DNA of 64,000 nucleotides from the NCBI GenBank assembly GCA_965655095.1, contig OZ296649.1, positions 133,672,001 through 133,736,000 on the forward strand, in the 5' to 3' direction. How positions within the stretch are numbered: position 1 is the first letter of the stretch; each line of letters starts with the position of its first letter. Positions 25,985-36,299 of the stretch are shown here, in pieces. The translations under genes and the position numbers were made by a program. Under the pieces are notes generated by a model that saw only the letters and a list, made by a program, of their open reading frames with translations, made no database searches and was not told the origin of the DNA. The stretch is from Haplodiscus bocki. Taxonomy: Eukaryota.

Positions 25985-26938
25985 ACGAGACAAAACCGCC
26001 GATTTTAGAGAGGGACAAAACAGCCGATTTTGAAAACGGGACAAAATCGCCGATTTTAAAGTGGAACAAAACCGTCGGTTTGTAAAAATACAGATCGCTA
26101 GTCTTTGCAAAGATAGACGTTGTTCAAGATAAGATAAAAGCGTCTTGGCCTAATTACGGATAATTAGCAATTAAATTACCAGTATACTAATGGAACAATT
26201 CTACTCCAAAATACCAAACCCAAAATAACAAAGCCCAAAATACTGAAGGTCATAAACTTTTTGACGAAAATTTGAATTTTGGTCCAAAATCTGGACGGCC
26301 ACGAACAGAAAATTATGAAAATTCATAATCCCAATATCTGCCAAACTAATCTTTCTGTCACCTAATAAAATGCTCATGAAACTGAAAAACTACTACTAAA
26401 AACAAACTATTTTAATTTTTGAGCCATATAATTTTCTGATTTTTCTTGATACCCAATTACCTGAACCTAAAATATCCGAAAAGACCATTTCTTAATATTT
26501 TCCTAAAGGCGTTTTAGTTTATTCAGGAAAAATTTTACTTATTGAGAAGAGTTCTGTACACAAAAGGTGGGTACTATAAATTTAGGTTGAATGGAAGCGA
26601 AGGTTTCAATAAAATCTTTGGTGTTAGCATTTTCGAAAATTTAATAGCCGCAAAAATTGAAGGAAATAGCATTTAGTGGTATTTCAGTTTCTATTAGTAA
26701 TTGGTAATATAACTGCTAATTATCGATAATTAGGCCAAGATGCTTTTATGAGGGAAACAATTTTGATGGCTTTTTGTTCTCTTTTCCAAAATCGGCGCTT
26801 TTGTCCCACTTTAGAATCGGCCATTTTGTCTCTTTTTGAAATCGGCGGTTTTGTCTCGTTTTCGAAATCGGCGGTTTTGTCCCGTTTCTCAAATCGGCGG
26901 TTTTGTAACATTTAAAATCGGCTGTTTTGTCCTGCCCC
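25985..26938. mobile_element. non-autonomous element with inverted subterminal arrays of a ~22-bp repeat
   Basis: About 4 copies of gacaaaaccgccgatttt at 25988-26085 and about 6 reverse-complement copies at 26790-26935. An inner inverted block is also present (tcttggcctaatta...taattagca at ~26144 versus tgctaatta...taattaggccaaga at ~26715). Confidence 0.8.
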
Positions 26939-26999
26939 CTTCTAGTACTTATATATTTATTGATTTTTCAAACTTTTCTAACGATTTAAAAGGAATCCC

Positions 27000-27800
27000 C
27001 ACATCTAGAAATAGCAGCGCCGAATCAATTTTAGTGGAGAGCACCCACACGAAAGCCCAGGAAACTGTAGAATTCACACTCCATAACCCGACGGACTATT
27101 TTCACTTCATAAACCCAGGGAAATTGATGATAGAAGTAACAAGTCTCGATCTCTATAGTACTGTTTATAATAAATCCGAGAGGAATAATAGAATTGCTGT
27201 TGAAGTAAAAGATGTCACTATCAGACATTTTGTTGACCCTAGCTTTAGAACAATTTCAGAAAAGATTCAAGAGCAGTCTGCATCAATCACCCATTTGGAA
27301 AGCAGATTTTTCGAAAAATTTAAAAAGTTCGCAGATAAAAAGGTAGAACTCTGTGATGATTTTATCACATATATGAGCTTCCAAAAATATTTCCTATGTT
27401 GCGCGGGGAAACTTATGTTAGTACAAATAATACAACACCAGATATATGTTACGATAAAAAGACTGGCGTGTCGACTAAATTACTAAGTGGAAATGCACCA
27501 ACTGCAAAAGGATTAAATCATCAAAGTTTTTCAACCAACAAACAGAATGAATGACTTGAAGATTTCTTCAGACACCAGGGTATCGCAGCGGGGAAAAGAG
27601 GGCAACTCTTCTCGGAGACCTAAAATAATTTCTTTCATACCAAAAGCGTCACTTCAGCAATAAATAAAACAGTATTGGATTTTGCTTCCACCATTATAGC
27701 GGATAGTAAATGGATAGTAAATCCGAAACATCAAAGGCTTAAAAAGTTTTTAGATTACACAAAACTCAGAGTTGATATTTTGAGAAAATTACAACATCCT
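27000..27800 (+). pseudogene. Polinton-like minor capsid / structural gene relic
   Basis: ILVESTHTKAQETVEFTL..YFHF....MIEVTSLDLYSTVYNKSERNNRI resembles the N-terminus of Polinton penton-like proteins (from memory). The first ~35 aa of the tracked ORF come from the adjacent repeat. Confidence 0.45.
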
Positions 27801-28027
27801 TTCGGTTAACGCAACGGAGGATCGGTCAACCCAGAAGCTACTGTTGTTTCACAAAAATCCCATGGATGTTTCAATTGAATAATTTGAAAGGAAAATGCGA
27901 TGATTACTGCACTGTGGCATTTAAAATTAGGAGAGAACTCAAAAGCTACAGTGCAAACAGTCAGTCTCTTTATAAAACATTTAAAGGGCATGGACTAAAT
28001 CGCTTGAGGGTTAATTCACTAGTTATT

Positions 28028-28273
28028 TCATACACGTCTGACATTGGATTCATTCTGCTCATTACTACTCATGTCCTCCTTTCTAATCACAGGAGCGGGA
28101 AAGCTTCGAAGGGGAGAGTTGATGATATGTGAGCTGTTCGATGCATTCTGAGGCAGTTGCTCACCACTTACAGTAGAGCCAGCCTCGCCGCCGAATACTT
28201 CATCTATAAACTTCTTCACTGATTCGTAGTAGCCACTTGTCATCCAAGTTTCATTATGAGTTCCGCCTCGCAC
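28028..28273 (-). CDS. ABHD13: ABHD13 coding exon 7 (last); catalytic His motif GGTHNETW, stop TGA
   Basis: Acceptor ttgttgaag|GTG, phase 0. KRLLK|VRGGTHNETW aligns without gaps to ABHD13 KRLAIFPDGTHNDTW. Confidence 0.88.
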   Translation of the reverse strand: MRGGTHNETWMTSGYYESVKKFIDEVFGGEAGSTVSGEQLPQNASNSSHIINSPLRSFPAPVIRKEDMSSNEQNESNVRRV

Positions 28274-28876
28274 CTTCAACAATCTCAAACATATATTATC
28301 CAAAAACTTCAATTCTGCGATTTCTATTAAAAGTCATCCCCACGTACTGTCTGAGCCTCAAAACTGGCAACCCAACTCTCCCCTGGGCATCCCCCTCTCC
28401 CCTCCGCCGGTATAGAATTTGGAATTTATTGAAAATGTAAAAAAAATCTTTCAACGTTTTTTTCACATAATTGTACGCTTTCCCGAACTCAACTGATAGA
28501 AATGTGAGTGAGTAGAACAAGAGTAGACTCCCAGTTTGGGACTGATAATTTTTTAGCCCGATTCTTATTAGGAACCGCAGAGTACTACTGATCAACAATA
28601 ATCACACCCGACTTTTTCATTTCAAATTGATCCATGCAGCACTTTAGTGCATGTAAAAAGTAAAGATACCTTTGAGACCAAGAAAAGAATCAAAATTCTT
28701 TAGCTTTGCAAAGTCTTCTCTTTTTTTTTGTTGGGAAAAAAGCGTTACCTAAAGGCGAACTGCTTGTCCCATGCAAGAACAGAATGTAGTTTGAGATTCA
28801 TTTGAAGATGTTCGGCTCTTCTTAGCAATGGGCTCAAATGAAAACCACCAAATAGCCTGGAAAAATTATAACTTGC

Positions 28877-29033
28877 CTTAAGAAGTCGTTTTTTGGCGGC
28901 TGAGCATTTGCTGAATAGAGATGCCATCATGTGAGGGGGCACTAGCTGATCAGCTTGGCCACTTATAAACAGCGAGGGTATCTGCACGTGTCCGATTTTC
29001 TCGCAGCTTGCAAACTTGTTTTTGTAGAGCATG
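28877..29033 (-). CDS. ABHD13: ABHD13 coding exon 6; PSLFISGQADQLVPP (catalytic Asp)
   Basis: Acceptor ttttcag|C, non-canonical donor AAG|gcaagt, phases consistent (2 in, 0 out). Confidence 0.92.
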
Positions 29034-29799
29034 CTGAAAAACGCAACTGCTTTTGAACGACACTCAATAACGCAGGTTGAGCGCCTAAGCTCGAATGTTT
29101 CACAATTGCATACTGAAAACTAAATGTACGATACTGCTAAATAGCGCCTGTCTGCCTAAATCTTCGGAAAACTTAGACATACGAACAAAATAGGGGAATA
29201 ACAACATAAGGAAATTGTTTTTAGTCGGCGCTTTGCTTCAGTAATAAGGCGAGTATTACAATAACTATTTTTTCACTGCTAAAAAGCCCAAAAGTTTTAG
29301 TGATATTTTATGATCCCCTCTAAACGAACGGTGGTCGAAAGGGCGCTGGTGGTGTCGAGGGTAGGACAAAAGCAAAAGTCTTTTAGGCCATTGATATGGG
29401 TGCTATAGTCAGCGAGTCCAAAAACCCTTTTCAGAAAATGTTTTTTTATTATGCTTTTCAACCCCCCCCCCCAACCCTGGTTTATGATACCCCTTGTATG
29501 TTTTAAGCCTTGCGGTGCACTATGATTTGAGCAGGGCTTGATAATATTTTCATTATATCAATCAAGCAGTTAGTAAATTCATGGGTAAAACGGTGAATTC
29601 CCACCATGCCAAACTTTCTAAGCATCGATAAGTGATTAAATTGATGAGGCAAATTTCGACACCTTGAATAGTTTCGTAAAATTACTGTAGCTTCGAAAAT
29701 CGATGACCTTCCGATGCCATGAATGGTCACCTTGATAACCGACATTGCAAAACCGATGCTAACCACCACCCCCCGCCGTTGGTTTCGTCTGGTGCTAAC

Positions 29800-30082
29800 C
29801 GAGGAATGTAGTTGAATCCAGGTATCTGGAACATGACCTCGGCCACGTCAGCGATATGGGTGAAAGTGTTCTCTACAATCAGTATCACCACGCCCAGAGG
29901 ATGAGGGGCGAAGTGAATGGGGTCCAGGCCATTTGTGCCTGATGCCGCAGAAGTGGGGATATTATCAAAGGAGCCCTTGTCCTCTTCTGTCAATCCTTTG
30001 GAAGAGGCCGCGTGAATGGCTACTGCTCCACCCAACGAGCGCCCAAAAAGAATGATTTTGTCGGGATTCAAGTCCGTATTCT
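29800..30082 (-). CDS. ABHD13: ABHD13 coding exon 5; nucleophile elbow GRSLGG and VENTF
   Basis: Acceptor gtttcag|AG, donor CG|gttagc, phases 1 in and 2 out. Confidence 0.95.
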
Positions 30083-30733
30083 CTGAAACATGTCTCAGCA
30101 ACTGAATGATCTCGACGGCGAATTTCCTTCACCTGTTCCTTTTTCCAACAAGGTCAAGACAGATATATGCCAATATAAAAATTGTACTTGACTGACGCGA
30201 AGATTATGACATCAGACAATAGAAATGTCAGCGAAAATTATAGACCGAACTTGATTGTACATTCGATTGAAATTTAATGTACTCTCGATTAGATTAACCG
30301 CCACTCGATTGTCACCAATAATTTGTTGAGAATTTTATACCACCTAAATTACCGCCAAATTCGCATATCCACCTCCGCCGCAATTTTTTTGCTACTAGTT
30401 CCAAAAACTTTTGAGTACTTGTCAAAATGATGTTTCTCATATCAAGAGATGAACAAAAGATTTTTCAACAAGAGAAAATACTAACTTTGTTGAAATTTAA
30501 AAATATAATCCACTTTTTCATGAAGATGACGTATGGTCCTTTTGAGATTTTGCTCAGTTTCATTTCTTTTTATTCAACTTCATCGATATTTTTATCAATA
30601 ATACTGCATTAAAGTTAAGGGCTGGAATTTGTTTTCCGCCATGATATGGCTTGTAAGGACTGTGGCAGTAAATCGAGCATTTTATACCATTTTTTTCAGT
30701 ATTAGAACCTCATTTCATGGATGAAGAACTCAC

Positions 30734-30913
30734 CTCTAACGAAACGAATGGCGGCCTTGGCATCGAGATAAAGGCCACTTTCTGAAGGCGTTCCCGTACT
30801 CTTTCCAAACCCCCTGTATTCCACCAACAAAACATTGCACCCCAGTTTGTTCACCATTTCTACTGCATTTGGTATCCGGTGTCCAATGTTTCCAGCATTT
30901 CCGTGAAAGTAAA
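30734..30913 (-). CDS. ABHD13: ABHD13 coding exon 4; YFHGNAGNIGHR...EYRGFGKS...SESGLYLD
   Basis: Acceptor gtttcag|TT, donor G|gtgagt, highly conserved ABHD13 motifs. Confidence 0.95.
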
Positions 30914-31289
30914 CTGAAACAAAACACGGTAGATATCTCAAATACAACGAGGCAACTCTTCGCGTGGCTAATGGACATCATAGAATCAAGTGAAATCTAG
31001 TTGTAAAGAAACAAAAAGGAACTGCATCAATTTTCAGAATAGAACAGTAGAAAGTCTCGAAGAGCTTTGTCACACCGCTGATTTTTCTTAATATTGCGGA
31101 AATTGAAATTGCAACTGCTTATAATGTGATCAGAAATGAGTATCTGATCAAACATATTCCTTTTCCGAAATCTGATTACTTTTCAGCTAATTGACCTTTT
31201 GACCGACACAGTATCTTATATACTCCGTAGTAGTTTTATGCTTCAATCGTTTGTTCGTTACTGGTAACAGACATAAGCTGTCCACACAA

Positions 31290-32950
31290 GTCTCTATTCT
31301 TCACTTCTTTCCAGCTCGTATGCACTCAGTTCAACTTCTTCCTTTCATTTCTGATATTTCATCTCAAATCGGCTTTTCTGATTATGTGACCGAAGAATTG
31401 CAGTAGTCTTTTTTCGTTGGTTTTCAAAATCATTGGGATTCTCTTCTGGGTTTTGATTGGCACAAAATTTAATTCTGTGGCAGTGTATGAGATGCTTTCC
31501 ACTTTTCTGAGGTATAAAAATTCACAGCTATATATTGGTTTCATTCTCTCAGCATTGAGCGTCCACGTTTCACATGCATATAGAACCGTCTACATATAAC
31601 AAAAAACTCTGAATCTTGTCCCGAAGGCAACTTTTTAAAGTCAGGATGTTGCTCAAGGTATTGAAAGCAACTTTTGATTGGGCTATTCGACAATTGATTT
31701 CCCTTGCGAATCTCCTCTCTAATGCTACAAGAGTCCCAACATATTTGAAGGTGTCTGTTTGATTATTCTTGGGGTTATTCAGTAGTAGTGAACATTGTTC
31801 AGGTTCCTTTGCTAACACCAAAACTTCGGTTTTACTCCTGCAGGTGTTTTGCGTATCGCAGGCTTCATTTAGAGTTGAGATTAGCAGCAGATTTTTTTCC
31901 GAGTCTGCAATGACAGCGGTGTCATCAGCCCAACTCAGGTTGTTTTTGTTCATTCCACCAATGCTGACTCCTTCTAAGTTCTGAATGGACAGCGTTATTT
32001 TCTATCTGACGGTGTTATAGAGAAGCGGTGACCTTCTTGTCTTGTCGAACTGTGAATGCAACATCCAATTTATTACTTTCTTTGCCCCCCCCCCCCAGTT
32101 CAACTGTTGCCTTTTGGGGCCAATACACAAATTGAAGAAGACGGAAGTCTTTATCATCGACACCAACTTCATTAATGGCATCCAAGATACAACTGTGTCG
32201 CTTCGTATCAAGCGCTTTATTGAAATCTACGACGCAAACGAAAAGTATTTGTTGGTGCTTCAACAGTCTCTCAGTTACAACTCTCAGACAGAAAATGGTA
32301 CCGCGATTACCTCTATTTGAAAAGCTGAACTGTTTTTTGACGATTGAGAAATCCGCTTTCTGATTTCTTTCATTAAAAGTTCTCAAAAGTTGAGAACGCG
32401 GCTCGTCAGGGAAATTGTCCTGAATTTTTCGCATTTGGGGGCCCCGGCTTTCTCCGGAAGTGCAACGAATAAACACTGACATCTCTTCCGGTGTCTCTCC
32501 AGCTTCTTAAATCCGGTAGACAAGGTGAAGCCCCAAGTCAAGACCTACATCTTCCGGGGCTTTTAGCGCTTCATCTGGAAAGCCGTCAAGTTTCAATGCT
32601 GTTTTTCTCAGCTGTCATTACCAAGCAAGCTTCTTCACTCAATACTGGTGCTCATAATAGAGTCACATCAAAACTGAAGGGTTTCGAATTACTTCTGCCC
32701 GGATCATTGTACAGATTTTTTGTGTTTTGTAGCCAGCAGTCTTTGACTTCACTGCTTTTGACTATATTTGTTCCGTTTTCGTCTCTTATCGTGTTTGTTA
32801 TGCGGGAGTTGCGTTTCCTTCCTGAAAGATCTTAGACTCACCTATATGCTTGGATTGACAAGATTGTTTTCAATTTCACATTTCTGGCCGAGTTATTCGG
32901 CGTGAGTTTCGTTGCATTTTTCACATGTTTGACAATTACAAGATATTCTA
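31290..32950 (-). mobile_element. decayed RTE-like LINE in ABHD13 intron 3, sense to the host gene
   Basis: RGTIFCLRVVTER, VDFNKALD, WADDTAVIA, FKYVG, EINCRIAQSKVAF, ETWTL, LQFFGHIIRK, in shifting frames. Confidence 0.85.
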
Positions 32951-33264
32951 TCTTAAGTAACTTATGAACTCTATAGCATGGTTCCAAGTGAAGTACAACA
33001 TACAACAGCACCCCCCCCCTTGAAGACTCTAGTATGGTTTATACCAAAATGATACATCGCAAACAAAAGTATAGCAGTAAATAAATACACAACAAAAGGC
33101 TGTTCTATGATGTAAATACCTCAGATTATTTGTCGCTAATTTCTACCCTCAAAAACTCCAGCTGTCATTAGAAAATTTTATTCCAGTCAGCAGAAATTAA
33201 TTCTAAGTTTTCAAGCGGTTCTACAAAATACTCTAAAGTGAAAGATTCATATAACTTCACTCAC

Positions 33265-33397
33265 CTATGGTAGGTATTTCGGCCATAATATTGTGCTCAG
33301 CTTTGAGTAGGTAAGCGTGCAGAACAACCAGGTCATCTGTAACAAATGCTACCGATTGCATGCCCCCCGGAGGCACTTTCGAAACACTCTCAAGACC
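33265..33397 (-). CDS. ABHD13: ABHD13 coding exon 3 (GLESVSKVPPGGMQSVAFVTDDLVVLHAYLLKAEHNIMAEIPTI), not in the ORF track
   Basis: Acceptor ggttgcag|GGT, donor ATAG|gtgagt, 133 nt (phase 0 in, 1 out), joining to V-YFHGNAG. Confidence 0.88.
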
Positions 33398-34346
33398 CTG
33401 CAACCAAAAACAAACAAAGATCAAACATCGCCGCCCAAGCGGACATCACTTCGGAAAATTCCACCTATTCCGTTTTTGTGCAAATTGGGGAAAAGGATTC
33501 GGAATGTTCCAAAAGGTTCCTAGTTCGACAATTTTCACTAAGGAATGATAGAATTTGGTGAAAAGAATGGATTTGCACGATCTCACCGTCTTTAAGATGG
33601 TTCATGCCGTCCTACGACTGCCTGAAAACATCAGTTTGAACGAATTTTTGAACACTAATTTTTTGAAGCCAAAAATTCAATGTCTTTAAAAAATAAATAC
33701 CACTTTTTTTTAGTTTCGCAAACAATAGAATTTGAATGAAACTATATCCCCAATATTCTACGTGAAAACAGGAAAGCTTCATCCTATAATATCCCATACT
33801 TATATAAGATGGAACTGGTGAAACATGTCTCGGCTTTTCAAAACTACCAAAATCTTTCTGACGTCATTTCCGAAAGACCAAAGCGAGAAGTGGAAATAGC
33901 GAGCCAATAAAAAAGCGAGAAGAAGCTCAAGCGATTGCGTTCCGGTTATGGCGTCATGATGATGATGACGAATGAAGAAAGCAAGTGACTTCTTCAAGTC
34001 GTCCGTTAGATTAACTTCCCTGCTTTACTCTTTCGGCGTGATAATAGTGATTTCGAAAATGAGAAAAGCGTGAACGGATGTTTAAAATGTTTTGACAGAT
34101 TGAAAATTTAATCTGCCGATCTGGCAGAAGGTTTTGCTAGTATCCAAAAATGCTTTCGGGATGACAATAGCTAAATAATTTGAGAAGCAACCTGATTTTT
34201 AGGACTAAACGCGCTTGTTCAACAATCTATACTAACATAAACCACAATCGTGCTTCGAAAACTAGCATTCGAAATTGGTGCTAAACCTCTGAAAAAGGAT
34301 TATAAAATGGAAAAATGGACAAGAAAGGGAAGTGTAATAAGCAAAC

Positions 34347-34504
34347 CTGCACAAAGAGTCGTGAGTTGGCGGGAGTGTCGTTGTTGTACAAGAGAATGTC
34401 CTGAGCAAAGTAGACAACTCCGGCAAGAGAGACAATGACGAAGAAGAAGAGGTATGCTCCGTAGAACTCGTAAAAAATCAACAACAAAGGCAAAATTGAA
34501 TATG
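34347..34504 (-). CDS. ABHD13: ABHD13 coding exon 2; N-terminal membrane anchor and QDILLY...SRLFV
   Basis: Acceptor ctgattgtag|CA, donor CAG|gtttgc. Matches ABHD13 SLLPL...LYKFQDVLLY...SRLYV. Confidence 0.88.
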
Positions 34505-34644
34505 CTACAATCAGCACAAAACGACATCACCATACCATTGATTAATTTGTAAGAATAAGAAAGTGAAAAACGCTTCTGTGTACACGCTTTATGCAGCTAT
34601 GCACATTATGTTTTGTGTTTAGGTTTGGTTTTTTTCTGATGTAC

Positions 34645-34678
34645 CTGAAACCAAGTTGTTTGTTTGCCATCGGAACAT
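34645..34678 (-). CDS. ABHD13: ABHD13 probable first coding exon (MFRWQTNNLVS)
   Basis: ATG at 34678 and donor CAG|gtacat in phase 1, matching the exon 2 acceptor. Total CDS is 1191 nt, or 396 aa plus stop. Confidence 0.65.
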
Positions 34679-35720
34679 TTTAGCGGAATATTTCTGCAGC
34701 CTTTTGTGAATTAAAAGGCGCATTGTTAAAAGTGGTACTCTTATTCGACGGCTTTTAAATTCAGAACTTTACTCTTACAAAATAAAATTCATTAATTTAG
34801 GCATAAATTTAAGCCGGCATTCTCGAGGAGAAAGACGACATAGACGTGACTTTCAGTGATTTTAAAATACCCCACCAAATCATTCGCTCTTCCGAGTATC
34901 TCTTCATTTACATGTACTCAGAAAAGAATTAAGTACAGCATGCACTTCGACTCTGAGTGAGACAGTTATCCCTCTAGTATCCACCACTTGTATATCCTCC
35001 ATTTTTGCCAACATACCGTGCATGCTTTTTGCTTGAAGCGAATGACTCCCAAACTCGATTTTACGCCAACTTCGACCAAATGATTACTTTGGATATTCAT
35101 TGTTGCAAATAAAATTATGATATTCAAGCTCCTCTCATTTATCCGCGCAAAAATAATGCGTGAATGCAGGCAGAATATCAAAGAGTTGTTAAATTTCACC
35201 CCATATTTCAAAATACGGAAGGAAAAATATTCAATGTGTAGAGTCGTTATTGGGAAAACTGAAAAATCCAACCGATAAGGTGGCTCCCCTGCGCAATTAT
35301 TTTTCAATCAACCTGAAATTTGGTCACAACAACCAGGAATGGTACTTGTCTGGACTAAAATATATGGTGTTTACTCGAAACGAAGACTTACCGAAATCAG
35401 AACATTTCAGCTCTTTTTCAGGACCCTTTTTTCAACTCTCCGGCCTCTTTACTATCTTCCTAGCTCCAGTAGGACAATAATGGGCCGTTACTTCCAAAAC
35501 CTACCGTCACTTGCTAATAGCGATACGTGATTCAGATCTGTTCGATCAACGCCTGGTACTGCCCTCACATACTCTTCCTTAGGGGGCTCATTATACCGAG
35601 CCTCATAACGAAATTACTGCTCGGATGGGCACTTGAATGCAGCATCTTCTACCCTATTGCATTGTAAAGCTGTCAGAAGATTTTCTCCGCTGGAAAATGA
35701 CCTAGACAGTACGTCTACTA

Positions 35721-36296
35721 GGGCAAAGTCCACTTCACTGTAATGTTCATCCCAACAACCAGGAATGTAAAAGAAATAAACGTGCTCCAAGAATGATGTA
35801 TGTTTCAGAACTATTACTTCACCCCTAAAAGGATGTCTTCAATGAAAATGTACTCTTTACGTTACACGTTCCATAATTTAGTCGAATCTTCTAATAATTT
35901 ATCAAAGTTTCGGTTGCTGCTGTAAATCAACTATAAATCAGCGCGATAAAAGTTTGAAGCTATAAAATGTAAAAGAAGTCATTGAGAAATCCGACTTAGC
36001 GGGGACACGTATCTACAACCATTCAGATTGCAGTAGGTGCTCAATCTAGTCATGCCTGTTCGTGCGTGGCTACAGTTAATTAAAACATCCAAAAAAAGTA
36101 TTGGATTCAACTATTTGTCTTCCGTTGTGCATTTTCGTATTCGATTGTCGTCTGCAGGGAAATTAGGTTTTATACAAAAGTATTTTGCTGGAAAAGTTTA
36201 GCTGGTCCACCAAGTGGATCCAAAGTTTAGCTCCAAGGATTGCGCAAGAGAGTGAAACTTGTGGAAACAGAGCCAATTTGGGTATCGGCGAGTTCA
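35721..36296 (+). repeat. direct repeat, left copy (possible LTR) flanking BEL/Pao internal region
   Basis: gggcaaagtccacttcactgtaatgttcatcccaacaa...agttca, colinear with 39520-40102. Confidence 0.85.
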
Positions 36297-36299
36297 TTC

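Noticed and set aside
33360-33548. Plus-strand ORF MPPGGTFETL..., superficially like the ABHD13 MPTGIPHE segment (an inverted exon?)
   Set aside because: The minus strand already gives a continuous, correctly phased exon (33265-33397) covering this part of the protein.
33587-33621. Candidate ABHD13 micro-exon (ttttcag|gcagtc...gacg|gtgaga)
   Set aside because: It is not needed for the reading frame, and including the 35-nt version would introduce a stop.
34300-34533. Apparent frameshift at the ABHD13 N-terminus (MVMSFCADC... versus ...AYSILPLL)
   Set aside because: Resolved by an intron at 34505-34644 with canonical GT-AG and matching phase, so the gene need not be a pseudogene.
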